Shown: piece by piece, positions 27,003 through 38,100 of the stretch
Layout of the letters: the number at the start of each line of letters is the position of its first letter
Numbering within the stretch: the stretch's first letter is position 1
Assembly (NCBI GenBank): GCA_964637695.1
Contig: CAZWVF010000003.1
Coordinates: 14,838 to 78,837 of the forward strand
Direction: 5' to 3'
Origin: an uncultured Gemmatimonadota bacterium
Lineage (GTDB): Bacteria > Blakebacterota > Blakebacteria > Blakebacterales > Blakebacteraceae
Length of the DNA: 64,000 nucleotides
Position numbers and translations under genes: made by a program
The notes under the pieces: model-generated
Told to the model about the DNA's origin: nothing
The model's input: the letters and a program-made list of their open reading frames with translations, nothing else
Database searches by the model: none

Positions 27003-29276
27003 TTATCTCTTCCTGTGTTTCCTCTTCCCAGGGTGATATGAATAGAGAAGCTGCTCTTCTATCTCCGCTTCTGTAAATGCCACCCTTTTCATCTGGTTGC
27101 TGGCGAACATCGCTGCCTGGTCGCTGTGGTGCGGTGAATCCTCCCGTGTCGTCTGACCGTATGCCAGGATCGAATAAGCCCGGGGAATTTTGCCGAATTC
27201 CACCGCCAGCACCCACCCGTCACCGCTGTTTGCTGCCAGCTTGCCATCTGTATCTCTGCGGAAACTGAGGACCCTGAAGCATCCCATATTGCCGGGACCA
27301 CCTCCGACAGGTACGTCCACATCACCAATCCTGACTCTGTGCACATCACCCCACGAAACATCCCAGGCGCCCCAGCGCTCTTTCGTTTCTTCTACAGCCT
27401 CCATGAAGGCCCCGACTGCCAGGTCGGTTCTGGCCAGCCCTGCAGGAGTGTTGATCGGATCTTCGGGGTCCCACATCTGAACAAAGATATCCGCATCGGA
27501 TAACGTTCGTGCGTCAGGTCCTTCTCTGCTCCGCTTCTCCTCCAGGATCAACCTCGTGAGCCTGCTGTACCACCTCTCGAAGAGCACACTGCCCCTGCTT
27601 TCTGCAGAAACGGTATTGTCCCAGTCGGCTACCAGCTCGATGGCACCGCTGATCTCCGGGTCGGGATCCGATTGCCGTACCATCCGCACAAGATCATCCT
27701 TGAGGCGGTCGGCCATGAGCATCCGCATGCTGTGCTTCAACTCGATCACGTCTTCCAGGCTCAGACGCTTCTCGGGATGGATCAACTGCAGGCTGTGCTG
27801 GCTCCTCAGTCTCAACACGGGTTCCCGAATGCTCGGGGGATAGGAATTGGCATCGAGGATCTGGTTCAGGTTGGTATAGAAAGGAGGGTCGTTGCTGTTC
27901 TGCAGGTAGCCTCCGGCCGGATTCAGCAATTGGGGCAGATCTTCGTATGGGAGGAGCGAAGTCCAGATATCTGATGATCTGCTCGCCGGAACCGCCTCCT
28001 CCTCCTTCGCATCATGAGGCAGAACGGGCAGTTTCGCATTCCAGACATAGTAGATATTTCCTTCTCTGTCGGCATAGGTGTAGTTGGAGGATGAGATGGC
28101 TCTCATCTTCATTGCGTCCTGCCATTGATCAAGATCGGTTGCACGCATCATCCTCAGGAACTGCTCACCCCTGCGATACTCACCATCGTTTGCCGACCGC
28201 ATGACATAGATTTTCGAACCGGTCCGGTAGATCACCGGGCCGATCGTGGTGTTCCACGACTCCCTGGTCTCGCTCTCCCCGATACCATCCCCCGACAGGT
28301 ATTCAACCGTGATCTCCTCCCGTCTCAGTTGTATCGAACTTCCGTCGAACAGGTAGTTGTCGGGATTTTCAGGATCGAGATCGAGTTCGTAGATTTCATC
28401 CAGATCGGGGTAGTTGTTCGTTGTGGACCACCCGAGGTATTCATTGAATCCGCCGATAATGGAGAAGAATCCGCCGATCCGGATGTCTCCGTAGAAGTTA
28501 AGGATACCGGGTACGGTCAGGTGGATCTCGTAGTAGCCCGAAGTCCATGAAAGGTGTGGATTTCGTAAAAGAATTGCGCTGCCTGAAGTGGTTCTGGATG
28601 GCGCCAGTGCCCAGGCATTGGAACCGTCGCTGCTGCTTGCTGGATAAGTCATGGGCCCGCTGTCGATACTATTCTCTGTGATTGCATCTGAACCGTCACT
28701 TCCGGCATCCAGGGTCTGAATGAAGCGGCGGGCAAGGCTCATGTTCGGCCCCCCGACCGTCAGGGCGGCTACATCGTGACCATTGAAATCGGGTTCCGGC
28801 CAGTCGGGGAATTCTTTTCTGTTTATTACCATATAATAGTTCACACCGGCCGCAAATCCTTCGAGGATGTCCCTGACATCCTGGCTGAGAAGATGGTACG
28901 TTTCGACCGCCCTCATGTATGCCGGCTTGCGCCTGAAGTCCTGCTCCAGATTGTTGCGGTCAGCGAACATTCTGGCGGTTTCACCGCGTGCGCCGGCCAG
29001 ACCTGAAGCTACCCGCACTCCATAATCTTCGAGCTGGCACCAGGCTGTTCCGAATGCAAGTGCACGCAGATTCTCTCCCTTTACGTGCGGTACTCCGTAG
29101 TGCGTCCGTCTTATCTCCACCTGTGCCGCAAGCTCCATGTACTCAGGTTGTACTTCCCATCTTTTCTGATATCCGAACAGGGAACAGCCTGACAGAAGAG
29201 AAGTGACTAACAGTAAAAACAGAAGAATACGGTGAAAGTTTCCGAGCCGATGCCCGACAGCGGTGAGATGATTCAT
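27003..29276 (-). CDS. penicillin amidase / acyl-homoserine-lactone acylase family (Ntn hydrolase, S45) lipoprotein
   Basis: Lipoprotein signal with lipobox LLSGC. SDGSNAWALAP contains the SNAWA motif around the beta-subunit N-terminal catalytic Ser. 757 aa. Confidence 0.85.
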   Translation of the reverse strand: MNHLTAVGHRLGNFHRILLFLLLVTSLLSGCSLFGYQKRWEVQPEYMELAAQVEIRRTHYGVPHVKGENLRALAFGTAWCQLEDYGVRVASGLAGARGETARMFADRNNLEQDFRRKPAYMRAVETYHLLSQDVRDILEGFAAGVNYYMVINRKEFPDWPEPDFNGHDVAALTVGGPNMSLARRFIQTLDAGSDGSDAITENSIDSGPMTYPASSSDGSNAWALAPSRTTSGSAILLRNPHLSWTSGYYEIHLTVPGILNFYGDIRIGGFFSIIGGFNEYLGWSTTNNYPDLDEIYELDLDPENPDNYLFDGSSIQLRREEITVEYLSGDGIGESETRESWNTTIGPVIYRTGSKIYVMRSANDGEYRRGEQFLRMMRATDLDQWQDAMKMRAISSSNYTYADREGNIYYVWNAKLPVLPHDAKEEEAVPASRSSDIWTSLLPYEDLPQLLNPAGGYLQNSNDPPFYTNLNQILDANSYPPSIREPVLRLRSQHSLQLIHPEKRLSLEDVIELKHSMRMLMADRLKDDLVRMVRQSDPDPEISGAIELVADWDNTVSAESRGSVLFERWYSRLTRLILEEKRSREGPDARTLSDADIFVQMWDPEDPINTPAGLARTDLAVGAFMEAVEETKERWGAWDVSWGDVHRVRIGDVDVPVGGGPGNMGCFRVLSFRRDTDGKLAANSGDGWVLAVEFGKIPRAYSILAYGQTTREDSPHHSDQAAMFASNQMKRVAFTEAEIEEQLLYSYHPGKRKHRKR

Positions 29277-29377
29277 GGAGAAAGAAGCCTTTCACAGCGG
29301 GTGGGTAACCTGCTTCAATACCATTTGTAATCTATTTGATGCGTAATTGCCAGCAGGAGGGTTGCGACACCGCCGCT

Positions 29378-31660
29378 CTATTGATTGTCCAGGACTTCTC
29401 TAACCTTCTGCCCCAGTTGTCTGGATGTAAAAGGTTTGGGAAGGAAGTTCCCTTTTTCAGAAATACCGTTTATCTGTTTTATAATATCTCCGGTGTATCC
29501 GCTCATGTATAGAACAGGTGTTTCCGGCATGGCCTCGTTGATTTGATTGGCGAGTTCTTTCCCGTTCATGCCGGGCATTACTACGTCTGTCAAAACAAGG
29601 TCAATTCCACTTTTACCAGACTCAACGAACTTGAGTGCTTCCTCCGGGTGACTGAAGCTCTCGACTGAATAACCAAGACCTGTCAGCACATCAACTGCCA
29701 GCTGGAGAACATCTTTTTCATCTTCGATCAGGAGTATCCTTTCATGACCTGAAGGTACGGCGTTACTTTTGACATCACCGACGGAAGGTTCAACATCTCC
29801 AGATGCCACAGGCAGATAGACTTTGAAAGTAGTACCCAATCCCTCTTCGCTATAAACATGGATCGAACCATTATGCTGGTTGACGATCCCATACACAGTT
29901 GCCAGACCCAGGCCGGTTCCCTCTGATTTTGTCGTAAAGAAGGGTTCGAAGATCTTCGCCTTTGTCTCGGCATCCATACCACACCCGGTATCCGAAACGC
30001 TGAGCATTACATATGAACCCTCTTCAAGATCAGGCCGTAAATGCGTGTAATCACTTTCGAGAAGTACCTGATCCATTGAGATTGCCAGAACACCGCCGTT
30101 TGGCATGGCATCCCTTGCGTTCACAACCAGGTTCATCAAAACCTGTTCTATCTGTCCGGGATCCGCGATTACAGGTCCGATATTCTCCTCGAGCTTGAGA
30201 GAGAACTCAATGTCCTCTCCAATCACCCTGCAAAGCATTTTTTCGATCTGGGACAGTATTTCATTCAGATTCACCAGTTGCCGCTCGGTGATCTCCTTTC
30301 TGCTGAAAGCGAGCAACTGACGAGTCAGAGTGGCTGCACTCGAGGAGGCTCTTGCGACTGTCTCCAGCTTCTCTCTCACAGGGTGATCATCCTCGATGGT
30401 CATAAGAGTCAGATCGAGGTTTCCCTTGATCACCGTCAGCAGATTATTGAAATCGTGTGCCACACCCCCAGCCAATCTGCCAATCGCCTCCATTTTCTGG
30501 GATTGGCGAAACTGCTCTTCCATGATTATCTGGTCGGTGATGTCGTGCACTGTTCCCACAGACCGGATTGTCCTGCCCGATGCATCCCTGATTTCCTCAC
30601 TCATCTCACGGACGTATCGCACTTCGCCATCCGGCCTTACGATCCGGTGCACAACATCATACGGAGTGTTGTTTTCAACAGAGTCGGTATATGCCTTATC
30701 AACAAATTCCCTGTCATCAGGATGGATGGTATCCAGGAAAGCCTCGTAGGTAGCCCCGAATTCCTGAGGCTGCAGGCCAAATATCCTGTAGATTTCATCG
30801 GACCATGTAAGGACGTTTCTTTCCAGGTTCAGCTCCCAGCTTCCCAGATGGGTTAAGCGCTGTGCTTCAGCAAGACTTCTCTGGCTGAGGCTCAGTTCAA
30901 CCTCGGTTTCCTTTCTTTCACGGATTCGACGGACCAGACGGGTCGTTGCACAGGTCAATCCAATAAGGCCAAGTGCCCAGAACAGCAGATGACCTATCCA
31001 GAAAGATTGAATATTCCGGCCTGCTATGGTACGGTACGGCGCCATCGGCACTGAGACGCTTATACCGCCTCTGGCATCGCCGATTGCATAGCCCTGTTGA
31101 GCATGGCACTTCAGGCAGCTCTCTTCAACGATCATGACATTCATGAATCGAAGGTATTCTTCACCGTTGAGTGAATTGATTTCACTGAATTCGGTTTCGC
31201 CTCCTTCAAACAGATTAAGTGCCCGGCGCTCCCACGGATCGGGATCGTTACCGGGACGAATTGGATTGAGACTGGTAATGTGACCCTTTATACCATATTG
31301 CCCTTCACTCAGTTCATGGACCTGCCGCGTCATATAGGCTGGATTGAGAAGTGTCAGCTTTTTCCCCGAAGGAGATGTAATGTCACGCTCCTCGATGTCT
31401 GCAAGGAAAGGATTCGGAGGGTATAGATCAGAAACCGGCACGTACACTCCGCCATAGCTGGAAGCCCACGTCCGATAGGCGAGATCTTTGTTGTATGCAC
31501 CCCTGGCTTCAGAAAGTGCCAGGTCATGGATGCTCTTATTTACCTGCCTGATATTCCACGCAAGAGAAATGCTGATCAGAATAGTCCAGAAGACAGCAAC
31601 AGCTGCAAAAATTGCCTTGAGATGGGAGTATCGGGTACCGTCTGTAGACATAGCCAACAT
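29378..31660 (-). CDS. hybrid sensor histidine kinase. It has two TM segments flanking a periplasmic sensor domain, then PAS, HisKA, HATPase_c and a C-terminal receiver domain.
   Basis: H-box AHDFNNLLTVIKGN, the N/G1/G2 boxes (LMNLVVNARDAM, DTGCGMD, GTGLGLATV), and the receiver RILLIEDEKDVL...VLTDVVMPGMNGKEL...LYMSGY. Confidence 0.85.
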   Translation of the reverse strand: MLAMSTDGTRYSHLKAIFAAVAVFWTILISISLAWNIRQVNKSIHDLALSEARGAYNKDLAYRTWASSYGGVYVPVSDLYPPNPFLADIEERDITSPSGKKLTLLNPAYMTRQVHELSEGQYGIKGHITSLNPIRPGNDPDPWERRALNLFEGGETEFSEINSLNGEEYLRFMNVMIVEESCLKCHAQQGYAIGDARGGISVSVPMAPYRTIAGRNIQSFWIGHLLFWALGLIGLTCATTRLVRRIRERKETEVELSLSQRSLAEAQRLTHLGSWELNLERNVLTWSDEIYRIFGLQPQEFGATYEAFLDTIHPDDREFVDKAYTDSVENNTPYDVVHRIVRPDGEVRYVREMSEEIRDASGRTIRSVGTVHDITDQIIMEEQFRQSQKMEAIGRLAGGVAHDFNNLLTVIKGNLDLTLMTIEDDHPVREKLETVARASSSAATLTRQLLAFSRKEITERQLVNLNEILSQIEKMLCRVIGEDIEFSLKLEENIGPVIADPGQIEQVLMNLVVNARDAMPNGGVLAISMDQVLLESDYTHLRPDLEEGSYVMLSVSDTGCGMDAETKAKIFEPFFTTKSEGTGLGLATVYGIVNQHNGSIHVYSEEGLGTTFKVYLPVASGDVEPSVGDVKSNAVPSGHERILLIEDEKDVLQLAVDVLTGLGYSVESFSHPEEALKFVESGKSGIDLVLTDVVMPGMNGKELANQINEAMPETPVLYMSGYTGDIIKQINGISEKGNFLPKPFTSRQLGQKVREVLDNQ

Positions 31661-31767
31661 TTTCTGCTCCCGGATATATAATTCCAGGGAAATATTTGAG
31701 GTCGTCGCTCAGAAGCCCAATTCCTAGATCGTAGAGGCCATTATAGCCGAGGAGTGCAGTTGGAATA

Positions 31768-31809
31768 TGTAGGACATTTTCTGAAACTTATGTAAGTATT
31801 TGTCCTACA
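31768..31809. promoter_or_regulatory. 9-bp perfect inverted repeat TGTAGGACA-N24-TGTCCTACA between the nhaC stop and the sensor-kinase start (minus-strand transcription)
   Basis: Seen directly in the sequence. There is no T-run after it on the coding strand, so it is a protein-binding palindrome or an RNA hairpin rather than a classic intrinsic terminator. Confidence 0.3.
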
Positions 31810-31815
31810 TGGAAT

Positions 31816-33216
31816 TCAGCTGCCGGGGATTGTTTCATCTTCACGTATTTTCGGAGCGATCCCGATACCTGTGGCTGCGCAGATCAGTGCGAATAGAAAG
31901 CCGGTGTAATTCATGACCGCCCATGGAAGGTACTGGATGGTTGGTACACCAAGAGTGGCTGCCATGAACACACCGGCGGCGCTCCACGGGATCAGTGGAA
32001 CCACCACAGTTCCCGAATCCTCCGTTGTTCTGGACAGGTTCTTGGCGGCCAGATTCCGGCTCCTGAAGGCTGAGGAGAAGAGCTCCCCCGGAACAATAAT
32101 TGACAGGTAGCTCGAGCCGGTAACCAGGGCAGTGGTGATGCCGGTTGCCACTGTCGAAGCCACCAGGCCGAAGGTGGTTTTTATTCTGGTCATCAGAGCT
32201 TCCAGAATGCGGTCGAGCAGGCCGCAGTGGCTCATGATTCCCGCGAATCCAAATGCGCAGAACACGATCAGGGTAACATCCATCATCGCCATCATTCCGC
32301 CCCGGGCCAGAAGGCTGTCCAGCTCGGCAACGCCGGTGGAGGGCTGATAGCCCAGAACGGTCGATTCGAGTACAACCCTGAATGAAGCTCCCTGAAAGAG
32401 TACGGCGATGATCGCGGCAACGAGGCTGGCCAGGAGGATCCCGGGCAGGGTGGGGCGTTTCCTGATGGCGAACCAGAGGATGATCGCCAGTGGTGTCAGC
32501 AGAACCAGGTTGAACCTGAAAGAGCTGCGGAGACCTTCCTGGAGGGTTCCTACGTCCACAACAGCATCCGCCGAAATACCGAGACCTGCGATCAGATAGA
32601 CGATCAGGCCGAGCGTCCAGGCAGGTGCCGTGGTCCAGAGCATCCATCTGATATGGTCGAAGAGGTTCGCCCTGGCTATAATCGGAGCCAGGTTGGTTGT
32701 GTCGCTGAAGGGGCTCAGTTTGTCTCCGAAGTAGGCACCGGAGACCACCGCGCCGGCCGCAGCTCCCATGGGAACTCCCAGGCCCTGGGCTACTCCGATC
32801 AGGGCGACACCCACCGTTCCCACTGTTCCCCAGCTCGTACCTGTCGAAATGGAGATAATGGAACAGAGTATGCATGCTGTCACCAGGTAGAGACGGGGAG
32901 AGATCAGCTTGAGGCCGTATGAGACCAGCATTGGGATAGTACCGGCTGCAATCCAGGTGGATATGAGTGCGCCAACGGTGATCAGGATCATCACGGCGGG
33001 CATGGCCTTGCTGAGGGATGAGACGATCCCCTCTTCCATGTCGCGCCAGGTATATCCCAGGCGCAGAGATACGAATCCGGCTGCAGCCGCTGCTCCCAGC
33101 AGAACTACCTCTATGCGGTATCCAAGCCAGGCGTAACCGACACTCAGCAGGATCGCCATGATAACCAGAGGTGTCAGCGCCTCCACCAGTGTCGGTTTGC
33201 GAGTTTCACTCTTCAT
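31816..33216 (-). CDS. NhaC-family Na+/H+ antiporter
   Basis: Polytopic membrane protein. GTSWGTVGTVGVALIGV and SGAYFGDKLSPFSDTTNLA are NhaC family signatures. A paralogue lies at 57546..58949. The minus-strand ORF 31841..32875 is an alternate-frame artefact. Confidence 0.8.
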   Translation of the reverse strand: MKSETRKPTLVEALTPLVIMAILLSVGYAWLGYRIEVVLLGAAAAAGFVSLRLGYTWRDMEEGIVSSLSKAMPAVMILITVGALISTWIAAGTIPMLVSYGLKLISPRLYLVTACILCSIISISTGTSWGTVGTVGVALIGVAQGLGVPMGAAAGAVVSGAYFGDKLSPFSDTTNLAPIIARANLFDHIRWMLWTTAPAWTLGLIVYLIAGLGISADAVVDVGTLQEGLRSSFRFNLVLLTPLAIILWFAIRKRPTLPGILLASLVAAIIAVLFQGASFRVVLESTVLGYQPSTGVAELDSLLARGGMMAMMDVTLIVFCAFGFAGIMSHCGLLDRILEALMTRIKTTFGLVASTVATGITTALVTGSSYLSIIVPGELFSSAFRSRNLAAKNLSRTTEDSGTVVVPLIPWSAAGVFMAATLGVPTIQYLPWAVMNYTGFLFALICAATGIGIAPKIREDETIPGS

Positions 33217-33374
33217 GGCCGGCCATGATATTTTATTCCGGACTTGTGCTCAAGCTCTCTTCTCGGTCTTGCTGGCTATCTTCCGGATGATTTTGTTAAT
33301 TTTATTGTTCCTTATTTCTGGATGTCAGTCAGCTGAATCTGCTTTCGGTTCTCAAGAAATGAAAGGGGCAGTAC

Positions 33375-33914
33375 ATGCCTTTCGACCGGCGTGATACGAA
33401 AAGACGTGACAGGGAACGGCGCCTCGCGGATCGAAGGGCCCTCGATAGACGACAGGGGCCCGAAATCGCCGCCGCGGGTGAACCGAAAACCGTGGAAGAC
33501 ATAAACCAGCTACGCAGCCATATAGAGTATGAGATGTGGATGATCAAGGAGACAGCCGACTATCTGATCGAGCATGGCCAGCGGGTTGGTGAATCGGATA
33601 TGAATGCTTACCTGGAGTCGTTCCTCCTGCATACGGTTACCATGGTCAATTTCTATTTCCCTCCCGGCAGAGACCGGATACACGATTTCGTGGCACACGA
33701 TTTTATACCAAACTGGTCCGATCACGTGGATTTCTCAGATCAACTCAGAAGGATCAGAGAGAGTGCCGACCGCGGTCTGGGACGTCTCTCCTACAGATCT
33801 CTGGAACTGCCCACAAAGAAACAGATAGCTGCCATTAATGCCGAACTCGATTCACTCCGCTCCAGGTTCGAGCTGCTTCTGAAGACCCAGGAAGAACCTT
33901 CAGAGGAAAAGTAA
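33375..33914 (+). CDS. hypothetical protein with an Arg-rich N-terminus
   Basis: AAGGGG RBS before ATG. N-terminal MPFDRRDTKRRDRERRLADRRALDRRQ followed by a ~150-aa probable helical domain. No motif recognised. Confidence 0.4.
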   Translation: MPFDRRDTKRRDRERRLADRRALDRRQGPEIAAAGEPKTVEDINQLRSHIEYEMWMIKETADYLIEHGQRVGESDMNAYLESFLLHTVTMVNFYFPPGRDRIHDFVAHDFIPNWSDHVDFSDQLRRIRESADRGLGRLSYRSLELPTKKQIAAINAELDSLRSRFELLLKTQEEPSEEK

Positions 33915-33929
33915 GCTGGTCGGAAGCTC

Positions 33930-35168
33930 TTAAAACCAGACCGTAATACGCGTAACCAGTGACGCCAGACCGGGCGGGAATGCACCCTCCTCATCGCCAA
34001 ATGTAAACCCGCCGTAAACAACCATGTCCGCGTTCTGAGCGATCGAGATGTCGAGTCGTGGATTCAGCACCAGCGAACCATCCGGTGTACCGAAGAAATA
34101 GAAACTTCCCGTTGACAGGTCGGTCAATGAGTTTCTCACCCCCACCAGGTACCACCACGGCCCGACCGGTTCGCCATACATGATGTACGCCAGCCAGTCG
34201 TGAACGGGGTAGGGGGTATTACTTTCGGCTCGGCCGTTGTACAGAGCTTCGGCAATCAGGTATATGCCGCTGTTCAGCGTGTAGTCGGTGCCGAATGCCA
34301 TCCTGCTGAAATTGTCCTCCACTTCCATCCAGTTGTAGTTGCCTTCGAACCAGAGCCCCAGACCCAGAAACTCACCGGAGAATTCCAGTCCGGCTGCCCG
34401 GCGTCGCTGCGTATATGGAAACCAGAAATCGGGATTGAGAGCCGTGGAGTCGGTCACTGAATGAGCTGTCAACGCCACGTCGTATCCAATTGCCTTCAGG
34501 TGTGTTCCCAATCGCAGGGCGTATCCGGTGTCGGCGAAGTTATCGCCCGGGGCGGCGATCAGGGCGAGCTGTCCTCCGAAACCCCACCTGTAATCCAGCC
34601 GGAGTGCCGTCACTCCCTCCTTTTCATAGGTCGGATCGAACTGGTTCTTCCTGTGGAAGAGATCGGTGGGATTGAAACTGTAGGCCGGTCCCCACGACAG
34701 CTGCTGCTTTCCGGCCCGCAGGCGGATGCTGCCCAGCTGCCAGCTCAGATAGGCGTTGTCGAGATAGAAGCGTTCACCGGGCAGATAGAAAACAGCGGGC
34801 ACGCCTGCCTGATCCAGTGCTTCCGAGACCGAGGGAGGCAGGTACGGGCTGATATCTCTTCGGACAGCAGAGTGGTACACGATGAAGTTCAGATTCCCAT
34901 TGAAACTGAGCCCCTCTCCATTACCACTGCTGAAATCGAGTCTCAGCTTGGAGGCGTCCATAAGGAGTTCTTTCATCTCCTTCTGGTAGTCCACCTGGAG
35001 AGTGTGTTCATAATAACCTGCGATGCCCAGTTCCTGGCCGTAAGCTGGTCTAAATGATGTCAGCAGGCCTGCCGGGAGGAAGAACACGTATGTCATGACC
35101 ACAGCCATTACCGCCCGGGTACTGCAGGAGTTCTGAAGTCTGTCCCGGAGGTTGCCAGAGAGTCTCAT
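33930..35168 (-). CDS. putative outer-membrane beta-barrel protein (porin-like), transcribed after the MMPL exporter gene
   Basis: N-terminal signal-like region (...AVMAVVMTYVFFLPAGLLTSFRPAYGQE), alternating amphipathic beta-strand pattern and a C-terminal aromatic residue (ITVWF). An alternative start at the ATG complement of 35106-35108 is possible. Confidence 0.5.
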   Translation of the reverse strand: MRLSGNLRDRLQNSCSTRAVMAVVMTYVFFLPAGLLTSFRPAYGQELGIAGYYEHTLQVDYQKEMKELLMDASKLRLDFSSGNGEGLSFNGNLNFIVYHSAVRRDISPYLPPSVSEALDQAGVPAVFYLPGERFYLDNAYLSWQLGSIRLRAGKQQLSWGPAYSFNPTDLFHRKNQFDPTYEKEGVTALRLDYRWGFGGQLALIAAPGDNFADTGYALRLGTHLKAIGYDVALTAHSVTDSTALNPDFWFPYTQRRRAAGLEFSGEFLGLGLWFEGNYNWMEVEDNFSRMAFGTDYTLNSGIYLIAEALYNGRAESNTPYPVHDWLAYIMYGEPVGPWWYLVGVRNSLTDLSTGSFYFFGTPDGSLVLNPRLDISIAQNADMVVYGGFTFGDEEGAFPPGLASLVTRITVWF

Positions 35169-35182
35169 CGTGCCGCTCCTTT

Positions 35183-38100
35183 CTAACGTCCGGGAGGAAT
35201 GGGGCGGGCAAGGGCCGCCATCGTGAACATCGAGGGATCGGGCTCCTGTGCAAAGGTGATCTCTGTCATCTCCATCAGTGTGCGTGAGTTCTTCACGTGG
35301 CTGACCATCTCGAACCTCATCGCAACAGTTCTGCCCTCGATTTCCTGAAAATCGCTTATATAAAGCGTCTTCAGGTGTTCACCTTCGTTGTAGTACTCGA
35401 TCTGCCTGGTAAGTGCATCTTCCACTCCCGCCCATAAAATGATGTAGTCGTACGATGGTCCATCGGGTGTGGGTGTGCATTTCAGCTTAACGCATTCCAC
35501 TCCCTCCAGTCGTTCGTAGCCCATGATCTCAGCAGTGTAATCTTCAGAGAAGTCTCCCGACGCCATATCCTCGTAAGAGAAATCTGAACCCTGAGCGCTC
35601 TGGCGGCGGGTGTGTCCGGCGAAATGACGTGTGAGATCGCGCCTCTTCATGTAGTACCAGATATCATCGCCGCCATTCAGCTGCAGGATCTTGTCTCCGG
35701 CCACACGCGCCGGTTCGACATAGGCCATCAGGCCCACGTCGCCTCCCTGGGCCGACCACGACCGGATCGTGAATGTGCGCTCGGCACCGGTAGAAGTTGT
35801 TATGGTCTGGCGTATTACACTATAGGAGTGATCGACTCGCTCGACATTTTCGATCCTCTCAATCCACCCGGCACCGGTCTCCTGCGCCCGAGATATCGAA
35901 GGGAGCAGGATGAGCAGGGCAAGAGAGAGCATGGCGGCAGTCGAAACCGGACTTGCCTTGAAATTACGTCCTCCGAGCAACTTCATGAGAGCCGGCAGGA
36001 ATACCACGGTTGTAATGAAGCAGGTTCCGACACCGAGCATGAGGACGATCCCGAAACTCGCCATGGCCACGTGAGGTATGAAACCGAGACTGCCGAATCC
36101 AATCATTGTCGTTAATGTAGTAAGCAGGATGGCCCGCCCGACGAATCGGAAGGAATTGTAAACCCGGTCGGAGCCCGCGGATGTATCCTCCTGGAACCGG
36201 TGAATAGCGTGAACGCCATCGTCGATTCCTATTCCGAGGATGACAGGTATCGCCATGAAGTTCATGAAGTTGTACTTCATGCCAATCAGATACATGATGC
36301 CCAGCATCATTACGGAGCCACCCAGAAGAGGCAGCAGTGACAGGAGTCCGACCGGTCCCCTGAAGGTGATCAGCAGGAGCACTACTATAACCGCAAAGGC
36401 GACGATCATGCCCTTGCGTCCATCCCGGCCCGATTCGGTCAGGTAATCGAGTGTGAGCTGAGCCGTGCCGCTGATACGGGGATCGACCTCCTCCATCTGT
36501 TCGCTGAACCTCTTCAGATTCGTCTGATGCCACAGATAATCACGGGCGGTTATATTGACCAGGAACTGTTCTGATCCGTCTCGCGGGAGCAGGCTCCTCT
36601 TAAGGACATCGGGCAGGTCATCAACACCGAACCGTTCGGTATTGCTCATCCGGATCAGGTTCTCCTTCATCCGGGCGTGCCAGCTGCTGCTGACAGCTGA
36701 GCTTATCTGCGGATCGATACCGGATTCCAGAAGTCGTACAAGCGTCGGCAGAACAGCATTATCATCAATCGTATTCGTATCGCTGTCGTAGCCGGTCAAC
36801 CGGTCAAGACTCCTTACAGCTCTGTCGAGACCACCGGTGAAGGCCAGATTGCTCATCAGGTCCAGATTATCTCCCAGCCTGCTGATCTCGGCAACCAGCT
36901 CTGCGTCGCTGGTGCCGGCCCGCCAGACGGGTGTTCTGGAACTCTCCGTCCGGGAGCGGAATGCATCCAGTCTGCCTGAATATTCTTCGAAACGGTCCTC
37001 TGTAGGCAGGAAATCGCTGATGGTCGACACCTCGCCGACCATTGACAGATTCTTGATACGTTTTTTCATTTCGCGGGCTTCTTCGATCGAATTGACGATC
37101 ACCCAGCCTCCTTCGGTCATCGACCCATATCGCTCCGGAATTTCCCGCTGGAGCCGGACGTTTTCCAGCCCTCTCGGTTCCAGGTTCAACCAGTCGAGTT
37201 CGAACTCGTTCTTCAGACCGGTCCAGAGTGAAACTCCGATCACAACCAGAAAGAAAACCAGAAACAGACCGGAATGACGCCAGCTGAGAGCTGCAATCTT
37301 TCCGATTACCGGAAAACCTTCACTCGCTCCAGGTACTGACGAGGTCTTACCTTTTCGTTCATGACGACGACTGCGCAGCACGAGAAGCGGTGGCAGAGTC
37401 AGAAATACTGCCAATAGAGTCAGGAAGAGGCCGGCTCCGATAGTGAACCCCAGCTCGCTGATACCTTTCGTCTCACCGACAATCAGGGCCAGGAATGCGG
37501 CGGCTGTGGTAAGCCCGCCGGCCAGCACTCCAACACCGGTTCCCGAGATTGTATAGATCAGAGATTCGCGGATCGAGTGACCGCGGCTCCTCTCTTCGTA
37601 ATACCGGGTGATCAGGTGAATTGCGAAGTCGATTCCAAGCCCCAGCAGTATTATCGCGAACATGGCCGTGAAGAGGTTCAGTTCTCCATATACTATCTCG
37701 AGGGTGGCAGCGGTCCATGTTATCCCGATGATAAGAGGCAGAAGAGCAACCAGCGGCAGCACCCACCCGCCGAAATTCCTGGCCAGCAGAAGATAGATGA
37801 GAACGAGAGCGACCAGCATCAGCACCGCACTGCTGGTTGTCATGGCGTCCATCTCCTCCTTCTGAAGAGGCCCGTTTCCGGTGAGTCCTATCTCGACATC
37901 CGGAAACTGCGGCCGCAGCTCAGCCAGGAGTTCCTGAACCTGGACGGTCATTTCCATCAGGGGATCGATCTCCAGGAGAGGATGGAGTGGAGTACAGAGG
38001 ATGAGCATCATCCCGCGATCGAGGCTCAGAGCCCATGGATCCCCTGCGATCATTGCATCAGCCGCCTCTTCGACGGAGGCGTAGTCTTCACCTGCAAATC

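Noticed and set aside
31841-32875. 344-aa minus-strand ORF in an alternate frame of nhaC
   Set aside because: It is in the same region and strand as the NhaC gene but in another frame. The NhaC frame carries the family motifs, whereas the alternate-frame translation is Arg/Gly/Pro-rich.
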